Part shown: positions 50,990 through 63,577 of the stretch, piece by piece | Layout of the letters: every line of letters begins with the position of its first letter | How positions within the stretch are numbered: position 1 is the stretch's first letter | Program-made: the position numbers and the translations under genes | Notes under the pieces: generated by a model | The model's input: only the letters and a program-made list of their open reading frames with translations | Database searches by the model: none | Told to the model about the DNA's origin: nothing | From: Eledone cirrhosa | Lineage: Eukaryota | Length of the DNA stretch: 64,000 nt | Assembly: GCA_964016885.1 (NCBI GenBank) | Contig: OZ024743.1 | Span: 349,680,001-349,744,000 of the forward strand | Direction of reading: 5' to 3'

Positions 50990-51999
50990 ATATATAACTA
51001 CCAAAATGTTAACGCTCTACATGACTGAATACAATAAATGTAATCTGAGTTTTTCGAATATTAGTAATAATATTCAATTCGTTTGCAATTATGCAAACAG
51101 CCTCTTTTAAGCCATCTCAGTAGAATGAGACCCTCATTCTTGCTCTTGTGTTGGTATGTAAACAGAAGTGCAGGCACTGACGTTTCTGGATCATTACTCT
51201 TCATAAGTGAAGTTTACTTTTCACCACCCATCTCTCAGGCTAGTGAAAATATATATTTTCTAAAATATACAGTGACTGAACAGCCTGATTTGCATATTAC
51301 CAGACTTGTTGATCAGTCAGCTCTGCATATTAGCAGATCCACTGATCATCCAGATTTGCATATAAGCAGATAGGCCAGACAGTATCATGTATATTCAGTC
51401 GCTTCACCCCATGAAACTGGGCTAAACACCGGCCAAATACGACTTCTGGCTTAAGATACAAATATTTAAATTATATCTTTTAATTTATTTTAAAAAAATT
51501 GTTTGAATCTTGCTTGCTCCGCTTATCTCAGTTTTATAGTTCTAGTATGTCAAATTAATACTATAGAACAACCACTGTATCATAGACACCCTATATATTT
51601 CCAGGGATGCTTAGTACATCTGGAGATATTGATCTCCTTTTATATATTCTCCGTTATGTAGAGAACAATTCCGTTGTTTTATTTAGCTGTTATTTTAGTG
51701 GCGCGATAGACAACATGTCTATGTTTACCTCCGCTTCTACTAAGGCCTGGCTCATGCACAGGTCAAATTTACGGCCTCATTCGCCCCTGTGTTAGCTGGC
51801 AGGTGGCAATATATTTTGCCGTTCCTGGGACTTTTGTCCTAGGTAGAGAAAATGCTTTCTGAAGATCTTTACATTTCCATTGGAAATCCATAGGATTTCC
51901 AATCTTTTGTTCAGTGAAAATGTATGTATGTATGTATATATATATATATATATATATGTATGTAAGTATTTGTGTATGTATGTATATATATTATTCTTT

Positions 52000-52076
<77 letters not shown>

Positions 52077-52399
52077 TAATAGGTATGCAAACCTACAAAT
52101 AAAATAACTTTCAAATGCCGGGATCGATTAAATCAAAAATGTATACCATTGGGCCTCTATAAGTAATTATTATTACAATTTATATTTTCCGGACTACTAA
52201 CATTGTTTTTAAATTCGCTTAAATACATTTTCATTATGTTTTAATCAATTTTCATTTCCAGTCGTCTTCTCATGTCTCATAAATTTCTGGATTACATGTA
52301 TTTCTATATTACATTCAGGAATATATAGAAAACGTGACGCCTACCTTCTATAAAATATGTGGAGTGTATGAGCAATGATAGCCTGGAAATGATTCTGAA

Positions 52400-53900
52400 T
52401 ATCTGAGCAGCATTTTCTTGAGCACTGTCATATTATGGATACTTTTCCAACGTTATTAGCCTGACAGTGCTACAGGAATGGAGAGGCATTGCCAGTCGAG
52501 GATAAACTCTAAGAAAACGTATCAGTGTTTTAGCGGCCTGCAAGAGAAACGGTCTAAGATGTGAGCAGGGTTAAGACGTCATCCGTCAATCCCTCCGTCA
52601 ATTTATGGGCATTGCTGATGCGCAGGTTTATACTGAACAGCTGTTATCAGGTGCTGCAAGATCCAGCTGTCAGCTGAGTCTATTGTGATTATTAAACCAT
52701 CGCCTTCTTTTCACAAAGAAGAACGACTAGTCCTCCAATGTATTATGGCTATCAGGATGGAATTTTAAAGATGAACGTGGTTGATAGAATTGAGATATAT
52801 ATATTAGTCTATACGAGTAAAGAAAACTATGTGCAATACTAGCTATTGTATTAATGATATTAGTGAAAAGCTGAAAGTGTTGTTCTGCGTTATACTTCAT
52901 GTAATACGACGTCTTTCTTTACAAAATGTATTTTCGAGACTGGAAATAAATGTTTTACGACATGAAACTACTTTCTACTCGGTTGTCATTCATTACGATA
53001 TAGAAGGTTGCTTTAATTCCATTGATTGTTTAGACAGTCATGCTTTTGATTTGATTTTTATTTTGCTGTGAGAATCGTACTTTGATGTTATGCGTTCTTA
53101 GGTTACCTTTCTGTCATGGTAATTTTATTGTCTTGAGAAATTGTCGAGCATGCTGGCTTTTCAATACAAAGCATATTCTTCTACAAAGAATATTATCACA
53201 ATAGACTGACACAGATATTGTGATAGATTATTTGTTTCTTCATTCTGTTTCATTCCATAATTTCTTGCGACCTCTCCATTCATGATACCCCGTGTCACTC
53301 TCTTTTTTCATTTCGTCAGAAATATTTTGTCTCCATTAAACTTCACTATGAGAAACTTACCATGTACGTGTCTATTTTCCTTCTATCAACTAGCATTTGT
53401 TCAATAGGAATAACAATCGCTTTGTTAATACTGGCCTCAAATGATCTACAAAGATTTTAACTGCTTGGCTAGGCATCAGTTTCTTAGATATGCGGCAATG
53501 AATCAAAATCTAATGAAACATACACGCTGGTTAATTAATGCAGATAATTTTTATTGGTGGTAATATAATTCAGCAACTCTATTATTGTCAATGGATGGGG
53601 AGATTTATCGGTTTTCATTGCTAAGAAGAGATATCCATTCGATGATTCGAAAATGAGTGTTCCAGGGTTTAATCAACAAAAGCGATTGCTCCTGAAATTA
53701 ACATGTATGAGGCTGAGCATCTCATAGACACGCGTGTCTTATCAAGATTCACAGGTAGTTTCAGTATGACAGTGTCCAACATGGCTGGCTATTTGTATTA
53801 CAAATACAGGCCATTCTACAGGCTTCCAAAGATTGATCTTCTGTTCAATATTATTCACAATGCTTTGGTCGACCCGAGGCCATGATAAATGAGGTTTACC
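52400..53900 (-). mobile_element. Possible decayed non-LTR retrotransposon RT (R2/R4-like)
   Basis: Minus-strand remnants DFDSLPH (~53490-53512, cf. KAFDSVPH) and VTRGIMNG (~53275-53298, cf. RGIxQG) in the expected order. No intact frame. Confidence 0.3.
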
Positions 53901-54088
53901 AAAGAGGCCACTGTGGGCTCGAACATGGCAAATTATGATGGTCAAGCGATCTTTATAACCTACTGCCCATCATGCGTCCACAACACGTTCGACGACCTAC
54001 ATGAAGGTATAACAGTTGGCTAATGCATTTCTATGACATGTATCTTTCCCTAAGTAATGACCTATACATATATATATACAGTGTATAC

Positions 54089-54139
<51 letters not shown>

Positions 54140-54260
54140 CCTATCCTCAAATTCGACAGCTGTTTGTAAACAAAGCCTGCTTTGTCCCTCCCTGCATATA
54201 TAGAAAAAAAATACATGCTACGGTTATAGAGATTCTAATTGGAGGGAATAAGGTATGGGT

Positions 54261-54330
54261 GGCGTGTTGGTGTAATGGTATACATTGGTCCAGCAAACCT
54301 AAGATGTGGGTACGTGCCCCATGTACGTCA
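54261..54330 (+). pseudogene. tRNA-like cloverleaf with anticodon AGC (Ala); probably a pseudo-tRNA or SINE head
   Basis: Acceptor ggcgtgt/gtacgtc, D stem gtgt/atac, anticodon stem ttggt/accta (1 mismatch) with loop ccAGCaa, T stem gtggg/cccat. The T loop is tacgtgc rather than TTCRA and position 33 is C. A T8 run lies 10 nt downstream. Confidence 0.6.
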
Positions 54331-54546
54331 ATACTCATCCTTTTTTTTCCATTCAGAGAGTATTTTAAAACCTCAACTAGCAGACTAATTGTATTTAGTC
54401 AAATACGTCGTAAGCACATGTTACAACTTATTTTCCAATTCACTACCTGCTTGTAAATAAAGCCAACTTTGCGTCTCCCTTTATATATATATATAGGGAG
54501 ACGCAAAGCATATATATATATATATAAATATCAAAGATATTGATAT

Positions 54547-54605
<59 letters not shown>

Positions 54606-54627
54606 TAGTTATATATCAGTATCTTCC

Positions 54628-55385
54628 ATATTTGTTGTATTAATTCTATTGATCACTCTAATTGATTTGTTCATTGATTGACACCACACTACTAAATCTG
54701 TATAAGTATACTCTGTTACAGAAATTTATTTTAGTTAACATTGATTAATAAAGTGTGTAGCACGTGATTGCACGAAACATCTTATGGTAGTGTGATTCCG
54801 TAAATATATTACTATATTGTACTCCCAGTAGAAATTCTAGTCGGGTGCTTATTTTAAAGACACGCGTGGAGTTTTCTGTTAACTTGCCGCCTATTTTATA
54901 CAAAACAGCAGGTACATAACCTTGATATTTAGTCGCTGGTCAGACGGCAATATCAGAGCTAACCACTATAAGCAGGCCAACTACTTGTAAATATATTCCA
55001 TTCTCGCTACGCTATTTACTAAACAAACTCTCTGAAGATCCATATGCCAACTCCTTGTGTTTCTACAACTGACTGTTGGAATATGCATTTATTTACATTA
55101 TGGCGACTAACAGTTTGGCATTGGTGAAATCAGCTCTCATTTGCGTATATATCAATATTTTTGATATTTTTTAATAAATTGGTTTCTTAGTTGGTTAATA
55201 TTTGGTGTATTAATTTTATTTATTACCCGAATTGATTTGTTCAATTATTAAACCACACAACTAAATCTGTATGACTATATTCTGTTTCTGAAATTTATTT
55301 TAGTTAATATTGAGTAAGATGAGTGACACGTGATTGCTTAACGCATCTTGTGATAATCTGAATTCTTAAATCTATTAATATATAA
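54628..55385. repeat. Diverged ~180 bp direct repeats with a ~570 bp period, next to (TA)n
   Basis: atatttg.tgtattaatt...aattgatttgttca...actaaatctgtat...gaaatttattttagttaa...cacgtgattgc at ~54628-54810 and ~55198-55380. Confidence 0.7.
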
Positions 55386-55459
55386 ATATTTTTCTTTAGC
55401 AGTGTGTCTACCCATAAGTTTATTGCATATAAAAGTATTGCATATGTGTATATGACTTC

Positions 55460-55525
<66 letters not shown>

Positions 55526-55704
55526 TTCTCTCTCTCTCCCTCTCCCTCCCTCTCCCCCCACACACACATATATTTTTGGCTAAGTACTTGGTAAAATACA
55601 GTGTATGTATTGTAAATAGTAATATTCCGTTTCGAAACGGCGTGAGCTCAGCCGTCAATCAGAAACTATTTACAATATATATAAAATAATTACAATATTA
55701 ATAA

Positions 55705-56301
55705 CTAGCAGTGGTACCCGGCGTTGCACGAGATAAGGTATTTTGGAACGTGGGCTGCCAACAGACCTAATCGTGGAAAAACTGCATGCCTGGGCAATAT
55801 GTAAAGAAAATAAACGGAATACTCTGATGGCTGGATAATCTTTAACATTTTCCTCGATGAAGCAGGAAAAATGCAGGTTTTCACCTAATGCCGGCCCTAG
55901 GGGGATCAAGAAAATGAATTTTTTATGTGCATAATATGCCATTAAATTTCGGGAAAATCGGCTAGACGTAACACCTCCAAAAAGCCTTAAGAAGCTGAAA
56001 AAATGAAGTTTTTCACCTAATGCGGGCCCTAGGCCATAAGAAAGTTGGATTGTCTTTGCTTATGGTATGAAGAAGAGACTGACTAATACATAGTTACAAT
56101 TTCAAGGAAATCGGTCTGACGTAACGCCTCAAAAAACCCCTAAAAATCTTAAAAAACGCAGTTTTTCACCTAATGCAAGCCCTAGGAGATAAAAAAATTG
56201 TTTATGTGCATAACACTCTCTGAAACATGCGTATTACACAGGTAAAGTTTGAAAAAAATCGGTTGGTTACTTCTCGAGTTTTAGGGATTCAAACTCACAA
56301 A

Positions 56302-56388
<87 letters not shown>

Positions 56389-56651
56389 CCTCAGAGAAGT
56401 GACGTAAGGCAGACAACCAGACATACAGACAGTTATATGTATGTATCTATCTAAAAAGAGAAAGACTAAGAATTATAGAGCGAGATCGCTAAATCGCATT
56501 GAAAATTTGAAATTTTTTTCCACAGAACACTCCCTGAAACATAAGTATTGCATGTGTAAAGTTTGAAAACAGTCGGTTGGGTGGATCTCGAATTTTAGGG
56601 ATTCGAACTCACACACACACAGAAATACATTCCCAGTTTTATATATAGAGA
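55705..56651 (-). mobile_element. Non-autonomous Helitron
   Basis: Minus strand: A|TCTCTATATATAAAAC at 5' and hairpin (c)tcgtgcaacgccggg-taccactg-CTAG|T at 3'. Internal subrepeats (tttcacctaatgc...ccctagg) x3 and a (CA)n tract. Confidence 0.85.
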
Positions 56652-57769
56652 TAATACTGAAACAAAGTCATCGGATAGGACGGAAACATCTTCGATCGTT
56701 TTCCCACTGATTCAATGCGATAATTAAGATACCAACCTCCCAAAAAGCACACTAAGTTAAATAGTGAGAAATAAGCTAAATAGCGATTTCATGTGGGTAG
56801 AGAATTAGATTCTCTCGTCCCGGAATACAGTCCATATGGAGCTGGCGTGCACAGAATATTGGGTAATGCTATTAAGTATTACGTAACCGGTTAAGAGTGG
56901 CTCCATCAACGAGAAAAATCGGTGGAGAGAGAGAGATACAGAGAGAGAGAGAGAGTTTGTGAAAGAGAGAGGGAGAGAGAGAGAGAAAGAGAGAGAAGGA
57001 GAGAGAGAGTGAGAGGAGTATGAAGACATATACATATATACATAGGCGAGACAGCTCGAAGCATAGGAGAAAGGATAGACCAACACTGGGGGGGGGGGAT
57101 TAAAAGGACGAAAAAACGGTTCAGTACTATACGAACACGCCAGACAACAACATGACGGAAACATAGACAACATAGAAATGATCCAGCAGATAGGCAAATG
57201 AGAGAGGCCAGTGAAATAGAACTTAGAAGGCCAAAGCTAAACAGAAAAAATGAATGGAATAACAACACCCAAACAAACAATACTGACCTAAGTGAAATAT
57301 AAATAAATAAATAAATAAATAAATAAACAAATATATACACAAGCACATATAAACACACACTAGTAAACTAAGATAGAATACAATAACCAAAACGCAGTCA
57401 CCCAAACGCGAACACACACCAAACACACACGCAAACGCATGCGCAGAGAAGAAGACAAAAACAAATAAATAAATAAACAGATAAAATAAAAATGGCGTAG
57501 ACATACAATACAACAGGAGGAATATAATAGTACCACTGATGATGTTGCAGATGTGCAACGAAAGAAGTTTGTTAGACTATATATATGTGTTTGTATCTAT
57601 ATTATATCTGTATTTTTGACCGTTGGTCAGTCAATGATAAACATTGAGGACCAAATGAATTAACTGTGGAGATATAAAAGATACAGAAGTAAAAACCAGC
57701 CAAAGAGTGAGTGTGCTCTGTTATTATTTCTGGCAATATTATTACAACAATATGATCGTCCCCAAGTAT

Positions 57770-57841
<72 letters not shown>

Positions 57842-57964
57842 ACAGCACACACATGCACACACACCCACACACCCACACATATATATATTTACATATATAT
57901 ATTTACATATATATATATATATATATATATAGTTAAAAGAATAGAGGTGTAACACACAAGTTAT

Positions 57965-58358
57965 TATATATTGGTAAACGGAATAGAAAATGCTGACAAA
58001 TTGTTCACAGTTGAAAAATGGTTTAATTAGGAATAAAAGAGTATTAGTGATTGTATGGGTTAGTATTCAGTTGTGGTTTTAAGTTTTTAAGTTTTTACCG
58101 GTTGCGCATTTCTAAATGCTTTTCAAAAATAATTTTGAGATAGAGTGTCCGTGCTGTTTGCTCTGATCAGAGCAAACAGCACGGACACTCTATCTCAAAA
58201 TTATTTTTGAAAAGCATTTAGAAATGCGCAACCGGTAAAAACTTAAAAACTTAAAACCACAACTGAATACTAACCCATACAATCACTAATACTCTTTTAT
58301 TCCTAATTAAACCATTTTTCAACTGTGAACAATTTGTCAGCATTTTCTATTCCGTTTA

Positions 58359-58368
<10 letters not shown>
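57965..58368. repeat. ~404 bp spacerless palindrome, perfect by eye
   Basis: Centre ...gtttgctctga|tcagagcaaac... at 58166/58167. The right arm runs into (TA)n. Confidence 0.95.
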
Positions 58369-58398
<30 letters not shown>

Positions 58399-58404
<6 letters not shown>

Positions 58405-58540
58405 AAAAGAAGGAAAAGAATGACTTCACTTAAATTTATGATTTAATGTTATATAATATTATAATATTATATTATAACATTAAATCATAAATTTTTTTAA
58501 ACTACAAGTGAAGTCATTATTTTCCATTTTTTCAAATATA
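58399..58540. repeat. Imperfect AT-rich palindrome between (TA)n tracts
   Basis: tttgaaaa...aatgacttcactt-aaatttatgatttaatgttata mirrored by tataacattaaatcataaattt...aagtgaagtcatt...ttttcaaa. Confidence 0.8.
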
Positions 58541-58569
58541 CCTAACTATACCAAGGATCTCACACATCT

Positions 58570-58617
<48 letters not shown>

Positions 58618-58696
58618 AGCTGTTTTAACATAGTAAAGAGGGAAACACATATTACTACATGTGCTTGTTTAGTCTTCTAATGAATTTTAGTAGTGA

Positions 58697-58935
58697 CTAG
58701 CAGAATGACCCGGCGTTGCTCAGGATTCTAATAATAGATTGGCATGTTTATCCCTCCTTTCTGAAACAGTACAGAGAAGTACGAAATATCTCGGCCTCAG
58801 GATGGTGTCTACATTTTGTGCTTATAAAAAAATTCGTCGTAGATTACCAGGGTTTTTTTCCGTGCGAAGGAAATCAATACTTTATCGCGAAATAAATACT
58901 TTTGTTCATATTTTGTTTTTGTGAATGCAAAAACA

Positions 58936-58990
<55 letters not shown>

Positions 58991-59442
58991 ATAACAGATT
59001 AAAGTTTAAGCAAAGAATCGCTGCAATCACCCTTAACGGGATCTTCTGAGACTAAAAAAAATCAATCTGTGAACGCAGAAGTTCGAAAAACGTTACACAC
59101 TATATATATATATACCCACTATATATATATACATATATACACACACAGATAGCGACGTCATAATGTCGTAATGCAGACGGTCAGACATACGGACAGATAT
59201 TATATGGGCGCAACGTTATATCTATGTATCTATCTAAAAAGAAAGACAAAGATGTATAGAGAGAGATCGCTAAATCGCCTAATGCGGCCCCTAAGGTATT
59301 GGCAATTCGAAATGTTGTTTGCTCAAAACACTCACAGGACCATAAGTATTACATGTGTAAAGTTTGAAAACAATCGGTTGGGTGGTTCTAGAGTTTTAGG
59401 GAGTCAGACAGACAGACTGACAGACATTCTCTGTTTTAGAGA
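58697..59442 (-). mobile_element. Non-autonomous Helitron related to 55705-56651, with a TA-flanked internal insert
   Basis: 3' end (+ strand A|CTAGcagaatgacccggcgttgctcagg). Shared body tatctatctaaaa...gagatcgctaaatcgc...gtaaagtttgaaaac..tcggttgggtgg. 5' TC inferred at ~59442. Confidence 0.75.
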
Positions 59443-59679
59443 TGAGTCTATTGATATGGACATCCATTGATAAACAATACCAGGCCTATATATCTCATTA
59501 CTGAATTGCAAAGTTCGACTTTGAAACTGTCTGGATGTTAATAGTTATTAAATGTATCCTTTTGAGTTCTGACAACCGTACTATCTTTAGTTAATATATT
59601 CGTCACCCTGGCCGTTTTGTATCCCTTGTGATTTGAACACATATATATGTATTTATGTGTGTTTCTCTCTTTACTGTTT

Positions 59680-59720
<41 letters not shown>

Positions 59721-59751
59721 AGATGAAGACATATCAGCAAGCACATATACT

Positions 59752-60371
59752 GGTTTCTAACATTGGCTCAATGCTAGCAATTTACAGAAAGGTGACGAAT
59801 GATTATTTCGACCCCTGTACTCAACTAGTACTTATCTTATAAACCCCTGGTAGGATGAAAGTCAAAAATGACCTCGTCGGGATTTAATCAAATAACGTAG
59901 AGCTGTAATTAAATGCCACAAATCATTTCTTCCGACTCTCTAAAGATTCTGTCAACTCACCACTCCTGTACGCATATATAATAATTGTTTCTACATTTGG
60001 CACAAGGCCAGCAATTATCCAGTGTAATACTGGTACTTTATTTCATCGACCCCGTAAGGATGAAAAGCAAACTTAACCTCGGCGAGATTTGAACTCAGAA
60101 TGGAAAGGGGCGTAACTCTATGTGTCAAAGCATGGCCTCCGACCCTCTACCGATACTGCAAATCCACCGCCCTTTATATAATAATTGTTTCTACTTTAGG
60201 CACAAGGCCAGCAATTACCCAGTGCATTACTGGTACTTTATTTTATCGACCCCGTAAGGATGAAAGGCAAAGTCAACCTCGGCGGGATTTGAACTCAGAT
60301 CGTAAAGGGACGTAACTATGCTGGAAAGCATGGCGTCCGACCCTCTACCGATACTGCCAATCCTCCGCCCT
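59752..60371 (-). mobile_element. Head-to-tail array of three major-family SINEs
   Basis: Copies at ~59752-59963 (old), ~59984-60173 and ~60184-60371, each running tgtttcta...ggcacaaggccagcaatt...gatttgaactcag...ctctaccgatactgc...cgcc. Confidence 0.85.
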
Positions 60372-60463
60372 TTATATAATAATGCTTACATATTTGGGCT
60401 TCTGTTTAGGAGGATGTAGTGTGGGTGAAAAATACACATAAACACACACACATAAACGAGAGA

Positions 60464-60495
<32 letters not shown>

Positions 60496-60979
60496 AGGAG
60501 GGGGGGAAGTATGAGATAGAGTGAAAGAAAGAGAGAGAGAGAAAGTATGAGATAGAGTGAAAGAAAGAGTGAGAGAGAGAAATAACAGAGATGATCTTAT
60601 ATAAAACCAAACTAAAAGAAAAGTTAAAAACCAGCCACCCGAGGACTTCTTCTGTTAAGAGGTTGTAATAATGCATTAAGTGAAAATCTCTTGATATGAA
60701 CAACTCTTTAAAGTTTTTTCATGTTGGAAAGGTTAGAAAAGTTGCTAAGATAATGGATATAGCTCTCTGCTCATTAGTTTGGAACTGATTGTCTAATGGC
60801 ATCATTTAACCTACTCTTATGCAACAGTATTACATTATCCAGCCAAAACTGTTTCTTCTAGTAACTGAATTTGCACAAGTCATTACCAATGTGGTCAATT
60901 ATTTATAAACTGTTGAGCAAGCTAAATCCTCCAACCGGCACACCTTGCGGTGTGTTGCTATTCCACTTCATTAAACTAT

Positions 60980-61262
60980 GTATGGGGATAAGGAGATAGA
61001 CCTCAAAGACAAACTGTTTCAGTGTAAGTTTTACTAATGAAATAGTTCAATTCGATAAACTTGTAAAATCTAGCTTGAATTTGATTTTACTTACAAATGG
61101 TACTACGTTAAACGTTATTTTCATCCACGTTTAACGTAGTACCATTTGTAAGTAAAATCAAATTCAAGCTAGATTTTACAAGTTTATCGAATTGAACTAT
61201 TTCATTAGTAAAACTTACACTGAAACAGTTTGTCTTTGAGGTCTATCTCCTTATCCCCATAC
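60980..61262. repeat. Inverted repeat with 136 bp arms (perfect by eye) and an 11 bp spacer
   Basis: Arm 60980-61115, spacer tattttcatcc, arm 61127-61262. Confidence 0.95.
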
Positions 61263-61529
61263 TTTTTATAAACATGCACAGTCTTTTTTAAACTATTCCC
61301 TCCTATTTTCCAAAACAGTGTTGGCAATATATATATGTTTTTATAAGTTCCTGCAGTTTAATGCACATATATACATATGATAGATAATGTATTCCTGGTT
61401 TGTAAAGAAAAAAGAACGGGATTGTGACAATTCGAATCATAATATAATAAAGGGAGAAGTGCAGGACTGCATCCTATATATAATTTTTTATCCCGTTAGT
61501 AAAATAAGTTAGATTACTTTGAATAAATA

Positions 61530-61719
61530 ATTGTTTCTACTTTTGGCACAAGGCCAGCAAATTACTCAGTGCATTACTGGTACTTTATTTTATCGACCCC
61601 GTAAGTGTGAAAGGCAAAGTTAACCTCGGCAGGATTTGAACTCAGAATGGCAAGGGCCGTAACTCTATACGTCAAAGCATGGCGTCCGACCCTCTACCGA
61701 TACTGCCAATCCACCGCCC
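61530..61719 (-). mobile_element. Young major-family SINE with target-site duplication
   Basis: Full-length copy flanked by actttgaataaataat at ~61516-61531 and ~61720-61735. Confidence 0.88.
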
Positions 61720-61805
61720 ACTTTGAATAAATAATGAATGAATATTACATAATTTATGTACAAAATTTCGTAGCTGTTAATTAGATATAAATATTCTTAT
61801 ATATA

Positions 61806-61988
61806 ATTGTTTCTATTTTTGGCACAAGGCCAGCAATTACCCAGTACATTACTGGTACTTTATTTTATCGACCCTGTAAGGATGAAAGGTAAAGTTAACC
61901 TCGGCGGGATTTGAACTCAGATCATAAAGGGACGTAACTCTATGCTTCAAAGCATGGTGTCCGACTCTCTACCGATACTGCCAATCCA
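61806..61988 (-). mobile_element. Major-family SINE
   Basis: Same consensus as 61530-61719. Confidence 0.85.
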
Positions 61989-62549
61989 TGATTGCTTATT
62001 TTAAGATTCAATTCTTTTAAAATGTTCAAATATCTACACTTCCGGTTAGCGTCCGCTATATCATAACACTTATTACATCTCTTATGTAAACGTTTATATA
62101 TTTGCATTGTTGTATAAGGTTTATATTTAGGTGGCTAATTTTCTTCTTTTTCGTTTTCATAAAATTTTGCCGTAATGCAGTTTATATATAATATCGTCTT
62201 TTTTAAATATATCATGGATTACTTTACTGATTACAGAAGAGAGTGTAACACAGTCTCTCTTCAATTTCTGTGCATATTGTCAATTACGATTTTATTTGAC
62301 GTATCATATCTACATGCATATATATTTGCGTATAATATCAATATACACACTACACAAGCGAGCAGAAAACCACCCGAAGGGTGATCATTCTGCTAGTACA
62401 TTTAATAATGCGTTTGTTCGATAAGCGTGGGCTTGTGCTAAAGAAAAACAACAACATCACAAACAACACAAATAACAACTATTCAACAGCAACAATTACT
62501 CACATTAAACTTTACTAAATGATGTAAGCGTATATAAAATTGATATTAC

Positions 62550-62723
62550 CGCACTATATCTTCAGTGTTTGCATCAATTCCTGTGGCAAGGGCGCCGAAA
62601 TAGCCAGGTATTCCAGTTTTGTGCGCAAGGAGGTCTCGGATATTGACATATTTGCTCCGGTGTTCATCACATAGTTGGAAATTTTTTCCTAATATCTCTT
62701 GTACAGGTGTATCCCAAGTCAAA
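62550..62723 (-). CDS. Beta-lactamase-related serine hydrolase, first exon visible in the window (upstream exons lie beyond 64000)
   Basis: Acceptor ttattacag|T and donor CG|GTAATA. Translation LTWDTPVQEILG.NFQL.D...VNIRDLLAHKTGIP (LLxHxxG motif). The phase-2 junction restores R-RLRYL with the next exon. Confidence 0.92.
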
Positions 62724-63396
62724 CTGTAATAAGTAAAAATCAACAACATAATTGTGCATCACCTGAACAATGTTATTATACATAATTTGTAATAAAATAA
62801 TTTATTGTGGATTTGTAGATTCCGAGAGCGCAAGGCAAAATAATTTGCACCATTTGTTCCAGCTCTTTAGAATTGGAGTTACAAATTCACCGAGGTCCAA
62901 CTTTGGCTTTCATCTTTCCAGAATTGATGAAATAATAGTTAAGTACAGTGTGGATTTACTCAATTAACCCTAGCCCCTACATTTTTGGCTGAGTGTCTAA
63001 ATGAGAAACCACTGAGTTAAAAGGGAATAGCCAAAGAAACTACTGATGTAGTCTATCAAGAGTAAGTAAAATAAAAATCTCACAAAGTGGAATATGTTTT
63101 GTATGATGAGGAAGGGAATTTTAACGTTTCAGACATTTGTCTGTCATCAGCGAGAGTGAAAAGACCTTAATAATTGGAGCTGGGATGGCTGTGGAGTTAG
63201 GCATTTCGCTCTGCAGCCACAACGTTTCGAATTCGGATCACCTGCGTGTCTCATTGGGAAAGTGTCTCCTATTACAGGTTTAGATTAATGAATGGTTTTG
63301 TTGATGACAAACGCGCGCAGGCCTATCCTACACACACACACACACATACACACACACACAAATACTCACACATTCATAAACACACAGACACATATG

Positions 63397-63468
<72 letters not shown>

Positions 63469-63544
63469 CGTGTAAATGTAGATGTAGGAACAGACGCGCA
63501 TGCACACACACACACACACATGTATATGTGTGTGTGTGTGTGTC

Positions 63545-63577
<33 letters not shown>

